From a virus (Duplodnaviria; Caudoviricetes): 43,195 nt of DNA. Positions 25,973 to 35,507 of this stretch are shown piece after piece. The notes below the pieces were generated by a model. That model was given only the letters and a program-made list of their open reading frames with translations. It did not search any database and was not told the DNA's origin. A program made the translations under genes and the position numbers. Numbering within the stretch: position 1 is the stretch's first letter; every line of letters starts with the position of its first letter. The stretch covers positions 1 to 43,195 of the IMG/VR virus record IMGVR_UViG_3300037756_000030, one strand, 5' to 3'.

Positions 25973-26439
25973 TGCCGATACGCAAAAGATGGAAGCTCGG
26001 CGACCATTTGGTCGTAGATGACCGGACGGGCTTCACCCGCTATGCCTCACAGACCCGCAAGGAATGGAACGGCTTTCGGGTAGCGAAAAACATCTGGTGG
26101 CCCCGGCACCCGCAGGACATGGTGCGCGGCCTCACCGACAAGCAGGCCGTTGACGATCCGCGCCCGCAAGGCGTCCCCGAATATACCGGACCGCTCTCCA
26201 CGGAATTGACCGCCGATCATGCCGCCGGGGATCAGACCATCACCATCTTATCATCCACGCGCTTCGCGATCAACGACCGGCTTCTGATCGGCCTCGATAA
26301 CCGGCAGATGTTCTCGGTCCTCGTGCAGACCATCCCTGACGCAACATCCCTCACACTCGCAACAAAACTGCCCTGGGCGGCTTCAAGCGGCAACGCCGTG
26401 ATGAATACGACGGCGGTTTCGGCTTCGGATATCAGCTAG
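25972..26439 (+). CDS. hypothetical virion-region protein
   Basis: GD..V.DD.TGF..Y...RKEWNG...PRHPQD. Confidence 0.6.
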   Translation: MPIRKRWKLGDHLVVDDRTGFTRYASQTRKEWNGFRVAKNIWWPRHPQDMVRGLTDKQAVDDPRPQGVPEYTGPLSTELTADHAAGDQTITILSSTRFAINDRLLIGLDNRQMFSVLVQTIPDATSLTLATKLPWAASSGNAVMNTTAVSASDIS

Positions 26440-27392
26440 TGGCAACATCGAATTCAAGTGATTTCAACGCGACGAGAGACGAAATCATAAAGGCGGCATA
26501 CCGCAAGCTTAACGTCATCCGCTGGACACAAACGCCGAATGCCCAGCTTATCACGGACGGCGCTTTTGCTCTCAACTCCGTGGTCAAGCATTTGCAGGCG
26601 CGCGGCATCCATGTCTGGACGGTGACCGAGGCAACCCTGTTTCCCCAGCCAGGACAGGTGCAATATGCCGTCTCAAACGCCTCCGGCTCCGATCATATCA
26701 CGCAAAGTTTTGTCTCAACGGCCATAGCAACCGCTGCTTCGAGCGGAGCTTCCACGGTGACGGTGGATTCTGATACAGGCATATCCGATGGGGACTACAT
26801 CGGAATCGTCGTCGATGACGGCACCGTGCACTGGACGACGGTTAACGGCACGCCCGCATCCGATGTTATCACGCTGACTGATGTTCTCGACGATAGCGCC
26901 GCTGTTGACCAGAAAGTCTATGCCTACACCACCAAGATCGTCCGGCCCCTCAAGATCGTCAATGCCCGCTGGATTGATTCCGACACGCTGCTCGAAAGTC
27001 CGACCATCGAGATGATGGCCCGCCTCGACTATCGCCGTCTGCCGAACAAGACGCAAGCCGGATCTGTCACTCAGATGTTCTACGATGCGCAACTGACGAC
27101 CGGGCAAGCCTTTCTGTGGCATGTTCCATCCGTATTCGAGGGGTATGTCAATTTCACATGGCATCGCCCGATTGAGGACTTCGACGCGGCCGGCAACAAT
27201 CCCGATCTGCCGCAGGAATGGATCAGAACCCTGATCTGGCTGACGGCAATGGAAATGGGGCCGGAGTTTACTGTCCCTGAAGCAACATGGAATCGCGTCG
27301 TGACGATGGCGGCGTCATCGCTTGATGACATGGAAGGCTGGGATCGCGAGAACGAGCCGGTGGACCTCCAGCCGGATATGGGCTGGGGCTGA
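26439..27392 (+). CDS. head-tail adaptor / tail tubular protein (P22 gp4-like)
   Basis: MATS...FN..RDEII..AYR; Y..LPNK...G; D.PQEW; precedes the gp10-like gene. Confidence 0.65.
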   Translation: MATSNSSDFNATRDEIIKAAYRKLNVIRWTQTPNAQLITDGAFALNSVVKHLQARGIHVWTVTEATLFPQPGQVQYAVSNASGSDHITQSFVSTAIATAASSGASTVTVDSDTGISDGDYIGIVVDDGTVHWTTVNGTPASDVITLTDVLDDSAAVDQKVYAYTTKIVRPLKIVNARWIDSDTLLESPTIEMMARLDYRRLPNKTQAGSVTQMFYDAQLTTGQAFLWHVPSVFEGYVNFTWHRPIEDFDAAGNNPDLPQEWIRTLIWLTAMEMGPEFTVPEATWNRVVTMAASSLDDMEGWDRENEPVDLQPDMGWG

Positions 27393-28810
27393 TGCAGATT
27401 CCATTCGCCGTCCAGAGCTACAGGCACGCCAGCCTGCCGCTATCAGCGCAGCGCTGTGTCAATCTGTATTCCGAGGCGCAGCCGCAGGGCGCAAAGGCAC
27501 AGATGCCCATTCTGGGCTGTCCCGGCATTGACTCCCGCGTAACGCTCGGCTCCGGGCCGATCCGCGGCGCGCATGTGATGGACGGCACGCTCTATGTCGT
27601 CTCGGGTGGAACGCTTTCTCAGGTTGATGAAGACGACACCGTCACGACGCTCGGTGGCGTCATCTCCGGAACTGGCCCGGTTTCCATGGCGGATAATGCC
27701 TCCGAACTCGTCATCGTCAACGGCACGAACGGCTATATCTGGTCGTCTCTGGCAGGCTTCCGGCTGATCTCCGATACGGATTTTAATGCGGCCGATACCG
27801 TGACGTTCATAGACGGGTTCTTCATGTTCAACGAAACCGGGACGGGGCAGTTTTTCCGGTCCGATCTGCTGGACGGCACGAGCTATGACGGCACGGCGTT
27901 TGCGACCGCGGAAAGCCAGTCCGACGATCTGCTCGCTGTCCGCAACCACAAGCAGGTGCTTTATCTGCCCGGCGCGCGCTCGATAGAACTGTGGAGCAAT
28001 GTCGGGGCGGCGAACTTCCCATTCCAGCGCATTCCCGGCGCGACGATCGACCGGGGCGTCGCCGGATCGTTCGCCATCACCGATGAGGATGAATCCCTGT
28101 TTATCCTCGGTGACGACCGGATCGCCTACCGTCTTAACGGGCGCAGCCTGCAGCGCATCTCCACGCACGCCATCGAAATCGAGTGGCAGAACTACTCTAC
28201 CATATCCGATGTGATCGTGTTTTCCTATACGTGGAACGGTCACAAGTTCATCTGCTACACCTTCCCCGAGGTCGCATCGACATGGGCGTTCGATGTCGCC
28301 ACGAACCTTTGGCATGAGCGCAAGAGCCATGACCGGCTCGGCAATGATCTCGGGCGCTGGCGGGCGAATATAGCAATCTCGGCCTATAGCCGAGTCTATA
28401 TCGGGGATGCGTTCTCAGGCAAGCTCGGCACGCTCAGCAACTCGACATATACCGAGTTCGGAGAGGATACCCGTGCAATCGCCGTTTCGCCGCCGCTTCA
28501 CGATCCGAACGGCAAGCGCATGTTCATGCCGTGGTTCGAGCTGGATATGGAAACCGGCGTAGGGCTGACATCGGGCCAAGGCTCCGACCCGCAGGCGATG
28601 CTGTCGATCTCCGATGATGGCGGCCGGACCTTCGATCCCCCTGAAGTCTGGTCGTCTATGGGCAAGATCGGCGAATATGGCGGCGGCTACCGCGTCGCAT
28701 GGGATCGCCTTGGAGAATTTTACAACCGCTGCATGATGATCGAAATCTCCGATCCGGTGCGCCGGGCGATCTACGGCGCGCGTGCGCCTGAATTGAGCGT
28801 GGGGATATGA
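27392..28810 (+). CDS. packaged DNA stabilization / tail nozzle protein (P22 gp10-like)
   Basis: QRCVNLY, GPIRG, VSMADN, AESQSDD, RISTHAIE, TWAFD.AT..WHER, SDDGG.TF, GKIGEY. Confidence 0.85.
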   Translation: MQIPFAVQSYRHASLPLSAQRCVNLYSEAQPQGAKAQMPILGCPGIDSRVTLGSGPIRGAHVMDGTLYVVSGGTLSQVDEDDTVTTLGGVISGTGPVSMADNASELVIVNGTNGYIWSSLAGFRLISDTDFNAADTVTFIDGFFMFNETGTGQFFRSDLLDGTSYDGTAFATAESQSDDLLAVRNHKQVLYLPGARSIELWSNVGAANFPFQRIPGATIDRGVAGSFAITDEDESLFILGDDRIAYRLNGRSLQRISTHAIEIEWQNYSTISDVIVFSYTWNGHKFICYTFPEVASTWAFDVATNLWHERKSHDRLGNDLGRWRANIAISAYSRVYIGDAFSGKLGTLSNSTYTEFGEDTRAIAVSPPLHDPNGKRMFMPWFELDMETGVGLTSGQGSDPQAMLSISDDGGRTFDPPEVWSSMGKIGEYGGGYRVAWDRLGEFYNRCMMIEISDPVRRAIYGARAPELSVGI

Positions 28811-29034
28811 TGGATACAGAAGATCTGAAACTTCTCTCCGAGACCGACCCCGAGATGATCTATCATGTCTATCCGACGAATGACATTCGGGAGCATGTGG
28901 TTAGCAATTCCCATCTTCAACCGCCATGCTGGTGCGATCCGGAATTGCAGATCGAGGGCATGGGCGTCGTTTTGGTGCACAATAGCGCCGATGGCCGGGA
29001 AGCCTTCGAAACTGGCGAGCGCAAGTTAAGCTGA
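28807..29034 (+). CDS. small His/Cys-rich phage protein
   Basis: HVYP.ND.REH...CWC.P...VHNSADGRE. Confidence 0.6.
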   Translation: MMDTEDLKLLSETDPEMIYHVYPTNDIREHVVSNSHLQPPCWCDPELQIEGMGVVLVHNSADGREAFETGERKLS

Positions 29035-29480
29035 TGACGATCCCCACAGCCTACCGTCCGACGCCGATCCCGGAGCTTGATGGCAACGTTCCCATCGTCG
29101 ATCCGAAAACCGGACTGCCGACAATGCAGTTCCTGCAAGCCTACGAGCGGTTCAGGAACTATGTCAATGCCGGCAACAGGGTCATTCCGTGCTCGGCCTC
29201 GACGACATCGAACAAGATCACGCTGACGCCGAATGATGCCTCGCCGATGATCGAAGGCTATCGGGACTACGAAATATTCGTCTTTGAAGCCGACGCCACG
29301 AGCGATGGCGTTGTCACGGCGACGGTGGTTCCGGCGACGGGAGTTTTAGATACGCTCAAAGTGTACGATGACGTTTCGACGCAAACCACGACCGGTGGCA
29401 TCGTCGATGGCGATATATACGCACTGATCTTCGCGGATTCGCTCGACGGCGGCAATGGCGGCTTCAAAAAGATAGGATAG
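29034..29480 (+). CDS. putative tail protein
   Basis: PIVDPKTG.PT..F; position after the nozzle gene. Confidence 0.55.
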   Translation: MTIPTAYRPTPIPELDGNVPIVDPKTGLPTMQFLQAYERFRNYVNAGNRVIPCSASTTSNKITLTPNDASPMIEGYRDYEIFVFEADATSDGVVTATVVPATGVLDTLKVYDDVSTQTTTGGIVDGDIYALIFADSLDGGNGGFKKIG

Positions 29481-29486
29481 GTTATC

Positions 29487-29762
29487 ATGTCAGAACGCGG
29501 GACGGGTAGAACTTCACGGCAGATGCAGATCGCCGCGCATGGCGCATATTTTGTTGTGCCGTCCGGGATGCAGAACTATGCACGATTACTTGCTCGACAT
29601 ATGGCGCGAAGTGACCTGCAATTTGTGCCTCAGTCCGAGCTGAACCGTAGCCATTTTGATGGCCGGCGCATCGCTGACTTGGTGGTGGATCACGCAGTGA
29701 CTTTGACGCCAGTCCAATCCGCCATCGTGGAATACGTGCAACCGCTCATCGGCCGCGCTTGA
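29487..29762 (+). CDS. hypothetical protein
   Basis: RGTGRT..QM...VVDHA. Confidence 0.5.
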   Translation: MSERGTGRTSRQMQIAAHGAYFVVPSGMQNYARLLARHMARSDLQFVPQSELNRSHFDGRRIADLVVDHAVTLTPVQSAIVEYVQPLIGRA

Positions 29763-30562
29763 TCCGCGAAGCCGTCCTTGCCGACATTCCGCACCTTGTC
29801 AGAGATGCGAAGCCTCTTAATGCGATAGCCAACCATCCAGCAGTTCTGCCTTGGGTCAGTTCATCAGGTATGGAACCGCTTGATCTCACCGCCCCGGTTT
29901 CGGACGTGAGAAATGTTGCATTAAAAGGGGAACATGGCGCGATGCTCTTCGCCTTCCTGCAGCAGGGGCTTTATGAAGCACACACAATGGTCTTGCCGGA
30001 TGGTCGCGGCAAGTGGACGCTGAAGTTTGTACAATCATGCCTAAAGTACATGTTCTGCTGTACGCCTGCAATGGAGATCGTGACACGGTGTCCGAAAGGT
30101 AACCTTCCCGCTAAGGCTCTGGCAAAGGCAGTCCACGGAACGTATTGCTTCACCAACGCGTCAGGATGGGTACGGAACGGCAGGCCAATCCCGGCCGATG
30201 TCTACTCATGGACCATTCAAGACTGGATGCGACTTTCCCCTGATTTAGTCAACTGCGGTAAGTGGTTTCATGACCGCTTGGAAAGCGAATTTAAACGGCA
30301 TGGAAAGACTGATGATAATCATCCGGATGACGAGATTCACGACAGATATGTCGGCGCGGCTGTTGAGATGTGCTTTGGCGGACAGCCAGACAAGGCTGTC
30401 ATTCTGTACAACCGTTGGGCGGTCATGGCCGGATACCTCCCAGCTTCGATTATGATTCGTGATCCTCTGTATATCGACATCGGTACAGCAGTTCTTAGAA
30501 TTTCCAACGGCGATTTCTCGGTTCCTTACATTCGGGAACGCCCTAAAACTTCTTCAGGATAA
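29759..30562 (+). CDS. GNAT-like virion assembly protein (P22 gp14/DUF2824-like)
   Basis: LNAIANHP.V, YEAHT..LP..RG; position before ejection genes. Confidence 0.6.
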   Translation: MIREAVLADIPHLVRDAKPLNAIANHPAVLPWVSSSGMEPLDLTAPVSDVRNVALKGEHGAMLFAFLQQGLYEAHTMVLPDGRGKWTLKFVQSCLKYMFCCTPAMEIVTRCPKGNLPAKALAKAVHGTYCFTNASGWVRNGRPIPADVYSWTIQDWMRLSPDLVNCGKWFHDRLESEFKRHGKTDDNHPDDEIHDRYVGAAVEMCFGGQPDKAVILYNRWAVMAGYLPASIMIRDPLYIDIGTAVLRISNGDFSVPYIRERPKTSSG

Positions 30563-30568
30563 TAGCTC

Positions 30569-31213
30569 ATGCCAATAGGAGCAACTATCGGTGCCGGCGT
30601 CCTTGGTCTCGGCGGATCTTTTCTGTCCTCGCAGGCATCGAAGAAAGCCGCCAAGACACAGGCGGCAGCGGCGCAGCGCGCGGAAGCGAAGTTTGCGCCT
30701 TTTTACAATGCCGGACAAGGTGCGGTGACAACGCTCGGCCAGCTATTTGGCATCGGCGCGGACGGCCAGCAGACGGGCCAGGCGGATTTCAGCAATTTCT
30801 TCCAGTCGCCGGACTACGAATTTGCCCGCGGCGAAGGCTTGAAGGCGCTGGAGTTCTCGAACGCGGCGAAGGGCCAGCTTAATTCCGGCAATAACATGCG
30901 CGATCTGGTCTCGTTCGGTCAAGGGCTGGCGACGCAGAATTTCGGGAACTATTTCAACCGGCTCATGCAGCTTTCGCAACTCGGATCGAACGCGGCAGCA
31001 GGGCAGGCCGAACAGATCGGCAATCAGGGGCAGGCTCAGGCATCCGGGATTATCGGCTCGGCAAACGCGATCAATCAGGGATTGTCGAGCTTCGGCAATA
31101 ACCTGATGATGTCCAGCGTTTTCGGCGGCGGCCAGAGCAATCCGAGCGCCTACAGCCCGGCGCAGCATAATCTCTACAGCCCGCAAGCCTGGGCACCGGC
31201 AGGATACGCGTAA
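30569..31213 (+). CDS. DNA ejection/transfer protein (P22 gp7-like)
   Basis: Hydrophobic G/A N-terminus, ASKKAA..QA.AA, SPDY.F...EG, A.ASGI.G.ANA. Confidence 0.75.
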   Translation: MPIGATIGAGVLGLGGSFLSSQASKKAAKTQAAAAQRAEAKFAPFYNAGQGAVTTLGQLFGIGADGQQTGQADFSNFFQSPDYEFARGEGLKALEFSNAAKGQLNSGNNMRDLVSFGQGLATQNFGNYFNRLMQLSQLGSNAAAGQAEQIGNQGQAQASGIIGSANAINQGLSSFGNNLMMSSVFGGGQSNPSAYSPAQHNLYSPQAWAPAGYA

Positions 31214-32775
31214 TGGCCAATTATTCAATTGCCCTCGGCTCTCAGCCTCCACAAATCGACGTTGGCAACGCGCTCGCGCTCGCCGCGCAGATGCAGCGCC
31301 AGAAGGCCGCCGAAGCGCAGGCGCAGCAGGGCATGGAACTGGAGCGCGAGCGCTTCGGATTGCAACAGCAGCAGTTAGCAGCACAGATCCAGCAGCAAGA
31401 GCTTGCAGGCCAGCGGGCGCAGCAAGGTATGGAGCTTGATCGCCAGCGCTTCGGGCTACAGCAACAGCAGTTCGGCTTGCAACGAAGTGAACATGAGACC
31501 GCACAGGAGGCTCAGCAGGCACAGAGAAACGCGCTCGCAGAATATACCAAGGCGCAGCAAGGAGGCGACGAGAACGCATTGTCGCGCCTCTCAGCCTATC
31601 CTGAACTGCAACAGCGGGTTCTGCAAGTGCGCGGCCAGATGGAGGAATCCGAGCGCGGCCAGTTCGATCAGAAATTGATCCGCAACGCGCGCCGAGCGCA
31701 GCAGGTCATGGGCGTACAGGGCGAAGCCAAGCAGCAGGCATGGATGGGAGCGCTTGATGATGCGGTGCAGTCCGGTGACATCACCCCGCAAATGTACGAG
31801 CAATACGCAGCACAGCCGCCGAACGATCTGATGCTGCAGAATATCGTGGAACAGGCGGTTCCGATCCAGAATCTTTATCAAGCCCCTACGGCAAAGATGC
31901 AGGAGCTGGAAGCTGCCGGCATTGAGCAGGGTACGCCGGAGTTCAGGCAGGCTATTCTGCCGTCACCATTCGCCGACGAACCGGCTGCCGTCAAAGAATA
32001 CGCGCTCGCCAAGCGGGAGGGCTTCGAAGGCAACTTTACGGATTTCCTGAAGGAGAAGAAAGGCCCTCTCGTTACCATTGACAACAAGGGAGAGGAAGAA
32101 TACGTCAAAACGCGCGGCAAGGCCTTGGCCGAAGATTTCGGCACGATCCAGACGCAATCCCAGCAAGCGACCGATAGAATCGGGCAACTCCGCCAGATTG
32201 ACGAATTGCTGTCCAACCCGAATGTGTACACAGGGACCGGCGCTCAGGCCATCAACGCGCTGAAACGAACGGCGCAGACATTATTCGGTCAAGATAGCAT
32301 CGAAGGCGTTGCCGACGCCGACGCGGCGCGACGGATTTCCACTGAAATGGCGCTCAGCCTCAAGGAAAACCTTCCCGGCCCAATGTCTGACTCGGATCGT
32401 GAGTTCCTGCAAGGCATTCCTCCGGGCATTGGCGACACGGCGCAGGGCCGCAAATTGCTGGTTGAACTGATGACAGCAAAGGAACAGCGCAAAATCGAGA
32501 CGGCGGAACTGGCGCGCGAATATGCCGAGCAGAATAACGGTCGTCTGGACGATGGCTGGTACACGGCGCTTGCTCGCTACAATGTGCAGAACCCGGTCTT
32601 TTCTCAAGAGCAGATGGAACAGGCGCGGACCGTTGCAGGACAAGGACAGCAGCAATCGCCAGCGGCTGGTGTGCTCCCGCGCGTCACCGACGTTAAATCA
32701 TATAATGCCGTGCCTCCAGGCGCTCGCTACATTGCCCCTGACGGCAGGGTGAAGACGAAAGGCGGCGGTCGATGA
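31213..32775 (+). CDS. DNA ejection protein (P22 gp20-like)
   Basis: Q-rich helical protein, GPMSDSDREFL; position. Confidence 0.6.
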   Translation: MANYSIALGSQPPQIDVGNALALAAQMQRQKAAEAQAQQGMELERERFGLQQQQLAAQIQQQELAGQRAQQGMELDRQRFGLQQQQFGLQRSEHETAQEAQQAQRNALAEYTKAQQGGDENALSRLSAYPELQQRVLQVRGQMEESERGQFDQKLIRNARRAQQVMGVQGEAKQQAWMGALDDAVQSGDITPQMYEQYAAQPPNDLMLQNIVEQAVPIQNLYQAPTAKMQELEAAGIEQGTPEFRQAILPSPFADEPAAVKEYALAKREGFEGNFTDFLKEKKGPLVTIDNKGEEEYVKTRGKALAEDFGTIQTQSQQATDRIGQLRQIDELLSNPNVYTGTGAQAINALKRTAQTLFGQDSIEGVADADAARRISTEMALSLKENLPGPMSDSDREFLQGIPPGIGDTAQGRKLLVELMTAKEQRKIETAELAREYAEQNNGRLDDGWYTALARYNVQNPVFSQEQMEQARTVAGQGQQQSPAAGVLPRVTDVKSYNAVPPGARYIAPDGRVKTKGGGR

Positions 32776-35066
32776 CTGAGCGCCCTTGGGAGAATGATCC
32801 GGTCGTCATGGATCTCGGCGAAGCTCCGTGGGAGAACGATCCTGTCGTTGAAGGCGGACAGCAGCAAGAAAGCGGCTTTTTCAACGACACATGGGCCGGA
32901 CGCCGGATGAAGGGCGCGGGCGAACTGGCTCAGGGTGCGTATGAGGCAGCGTTTCCTGATCGCGATCCTCGCTATGCCGAAACGCCAGGCTTTACCGGTG
33001 AAGGTCTGCCCATGCAGGATGTCATGGGCGTGCAGCGCGGCAAGCATTCGGCTGCTGGCTTCGAGGATAAGCCATATCGACAATTGGTCGTGAAGGCGTT
33101 GGGCGATCGTGTTCAAGAAATCAAGGCTGATGCGCAGGGCAATGAAATCGTGCGCTATAGCGGCGACGATGGAAAAACCTACGAAACCTATATCAATCAG
33201 CCCGGACTTGATTGGCAGGATGTGGATAGGTTTATCTCAGGGTCTCTGCCATATGCGGCGGCGGCTTTCATTACATCAAAAATCCCTGGGATTGGCAGAC
33301 ATCTGCTGGCGCGTGCTCCCGCACAGGGCATTGCTGCAAGTGGCGTCAGCATTGGGCAGGACATAGGGGCGGATCAGTCCATTGATCTGGGGAAGGCCGG
33401 GATCACCGGCTTGTTTGGCGGGGCCGGAGAAGTGGCTGGCGTTGTTGGTTCGAAACTCTGGCGCGCCATCGCACAACCTCGATATTACGACGAAGCCACG
33501 GGAACGCTTACCAAGGCCGGACGAAATGAGGTTGAACGTCTCGGCCTCAACCCAGATCAGGTTGAGGGGGAAGTCGCGCAAAAACTTTCCCAGATCCGAC
33601 GTGCCGAAAATCCACAAGCGGCGGCGGCGGGGATAGAGTCCGGAGAGTTCGGCATTCCGACGACCAAAGGCCAGCGCACAAAAGACCCGGAACAGCTCAA
33701 CATCGAAGAGCAGATGCGTCGGTCGTTGTTCGGGCCGGGCGCGCGTGAAGTCATCAGCGAATTCGACGCCGCACAGCAGGGAGCCATCAGGCAGGCCGCA
33801 GAAGACGTACAGGGTCGTCTTGCGCCGAAGTCCGCAGCCACCTTGCCGGAAGCCGGTCAGGAGATCGGGGAGGGCCTGCGGAGCGCTCGCGCCGGCTCTG
33901 ACGCTCAGATTGCGGCAGCGTGGAAGGAGATCGAAGATCTCTATCCAGTCCTGACAGAGACCACTACGGGGAACGAGGCTCGCTCCATCATGACGCAGCA
34001 CTTGCGTCAGCAGTTCGATAATCTCGGTTTCTTTCCGGATGAAAAACTGACGCCGACCGCTCATCAGATGATGAATGAGCTGACGGACTATTCAAAGAGC
34101 ATCCCGACAAATACACCTTACGAGCTGCTTGGCAAGACCGGGCGTGCGCCGTCAATCGACAATATGCGCCGTCGCCTGCTCGCTCGATATGAAGGTGCTG
34201 CGCCTGGGCAGGATAAGGCCGCTGCACGCGCGATCTATAACAGTTTTAATGACTGGATCGATGATGTCAGTACGAACCAGTTCATTCGCAATCCGGAAGG
34301 TCGGTTTGTCACGGGTCAGTCCGGCGAAAAGATGAAGCAGGCCCGGCAAATCACGCGCGAGCAGCGCTCTCTATTCGAGCCGAAGGACAAGCGCGGCAGG
34401 CTGACGCCCGCAGGCAAGATACTCACGGAAGTCGCAGAGAACGGCGACACGCCGGAACGCATCGTGCAAACTGTGTTTGGCGCGAATGTAACCGGCACGC
34501 CGAAAGCTGGAACCGTCGACGCCCTCCGGCATATGAAGCAGGTGTTTGCAAACGATCCTTCGAAAACCGATCAGGTCAAGGCGGCATATTTCCTGAAGAT
34601 GGTCACCGGCAAGGACGGTAATGTCCTGTCCCCGAAAAACCTGACGACTTCCGTGAACAAGTCTTTCGCAAATCAGAAATCCGTCATCGGCGAGCTGTTC
34701 ACGCAGCAAGAGCAGGAGTTCATCAGACGGTTTCAAAAGGCTGTAGGAACGGCTGCTTATACGCCGCCGAATCCTTCCGGCACCTCCTACGCGCTTGAAT
34801 CGATGCGCCGGAAGAAGCGCGACAGCGGACTGCAGTACACGCTGCGCCGCCTCGGCACCCGCGCAACGTTCCAGGGGAACGTCTGGCAGGGGACGATGTA
34901 TCACTGGTTGGCACGGACTCTGCCGAACATCTTCGGTGCTCAGGAGGCAGCATCGCGGTCTCTGGCCCGCAAGGCCATCGGCCAGACGATCGACTTCAAG
35001 CCGGACCAAGGCTGGATATTGAGCGCGATCGCCTCTTCACATGCCGCATCCGACCGTCAGGAATAG
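32772..35066 (+). CDS. DNA ejection protein (P22 gp16-like)
   Basis: YINQPGLD.QD, IP.T.GQ.T, PNPSGT; large helical protein. Confidence 0.65.
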   Translation: MTERPWENDPVVMDLGEAPWENDPVVEGGQQQESGFFNDTWAGRRMKGAGELAQGAYEAAFPDRDPRYAETPGFTGEGLPMQDVMGVQRGKHSAAGFEDKPYRQLVVKALGDRVQEIKADAQGNEIVRYSGDDGKTYETYINQPGLDWQDVDRFISGSLPYAAAAFITSKIPGIGRHLLARAPAQGIAASGVSIGQDIGADQSIDLGKAGITGLFGGAGEVAGVVGSKLWRAIAQPRYYDEATGTLTKAGRNEVERLGLNPDQVEGEVAQKLSQIRRAENPQAAAAGIESGEFGIPTTKGQRTKDPEQLNIEEQMRRSLFGPGAREVISEFDAAQQGAIRQAAEDVQGRLAPKSAATLPEAGQEIGEGLRSARAGSDAQIAAAWKEIEDLYPVLTETTTGNEARSIMTQHLRQQFDNLGFFPDEKLTPTAHQMMNELTDYSKSIPTNTPYELLGKTGRAPSIDNMRRRLLARYEGAAPGQDKAAARAIYNSFNDWIDDVSTNQFIRNPEGRFVTGQSGEKMKQARQITREQRSLFEPKDKRGRLTPAGKILTEVAENGDTPERIVQTVFGANVTGTPKAGTVDALRHMKQVFANDPSKTDQVKAAYFLKMVTGKDGNVLSPKNLTTSVNKSFANQKSVIGELFTQQEQEFIRRFQKAVGTAAYTPPNPSGTSYALESMRRKKRDSGLQYTLRRLGTRATFQGNVWQGTMYHWLARTLPNIFGAQEAASRSLARKAIGQTIDFKPDQGWILSAIASSHAASDRQE

Positions 35067-35311
35067 AAGATCCATCCGGCGAATATCTTGAGCGGGCCAA
35101 GGAAAAAGCCGATTGCGGCGGCGACGAACAGCAAGAAAACGCAGATACGCAGTGCGAGGGGAAGTTGGCTAATGGCTTGCTCGAAACGCCATTTTTCGCC
35201 GGTGAAGTCGCTGTCAGCTATGGCTTCCCTTACCGCGCGGCGGGCTTGCGCCTGACTGCGCGTCATCCATTTGCCGGGTTCGACTTCCGTCAAATCAATC
35301 GGATCGCTCAA
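35057..35311 (-). CDS. antisense small membrane protein (sieA-like position)
   Basis: Probable TTG start (MSDPIDLTEVEPGKW...); C-terminal TM ICVFLLFVAAAIGFFLG. Confidence 0.5.
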   Translation of the reverse strand: MSDPIDLTEVEPGKWMTRSQAQARRAVREAIADSDFTGEKWRFEQAISQLPLALRICVFLLFVAAAIGFFLGPLKIFAGWIFYS

Positions 35312-35363
35312 CCCTGCCCCCGCGCCGCTCTCGCAATCCGAATAGAAGACATGGCTGATGTGC

Positions 35364-35507
35364 TCATGATAGCCAGTTTCCGACAGCCCAAGACAGCGCC
35401 AGAACATTGCCAAGCAGACACCCTGCAATGATCAAATCCGGTATGCGGTCAACCCACGACGTGCCCGGTTCAACTTTAACCAGATCAATAAGGTTTTTCT
35501 GAAACAT
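35364..35507 (-). CDS. possible second antisense small membrane protein
   Basis: MFQKNLIDLVKVEPGTSW...LIIAGCLLGNVLALSWAV; shares the IDL..VEPG motif with its neighbour. Confidence 0.35.
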   Translation of the reverse strand: MFQKNLIDLVKVEPGTSWVDRIPDLIIAGCLLGNVLALSWAVGNWLS

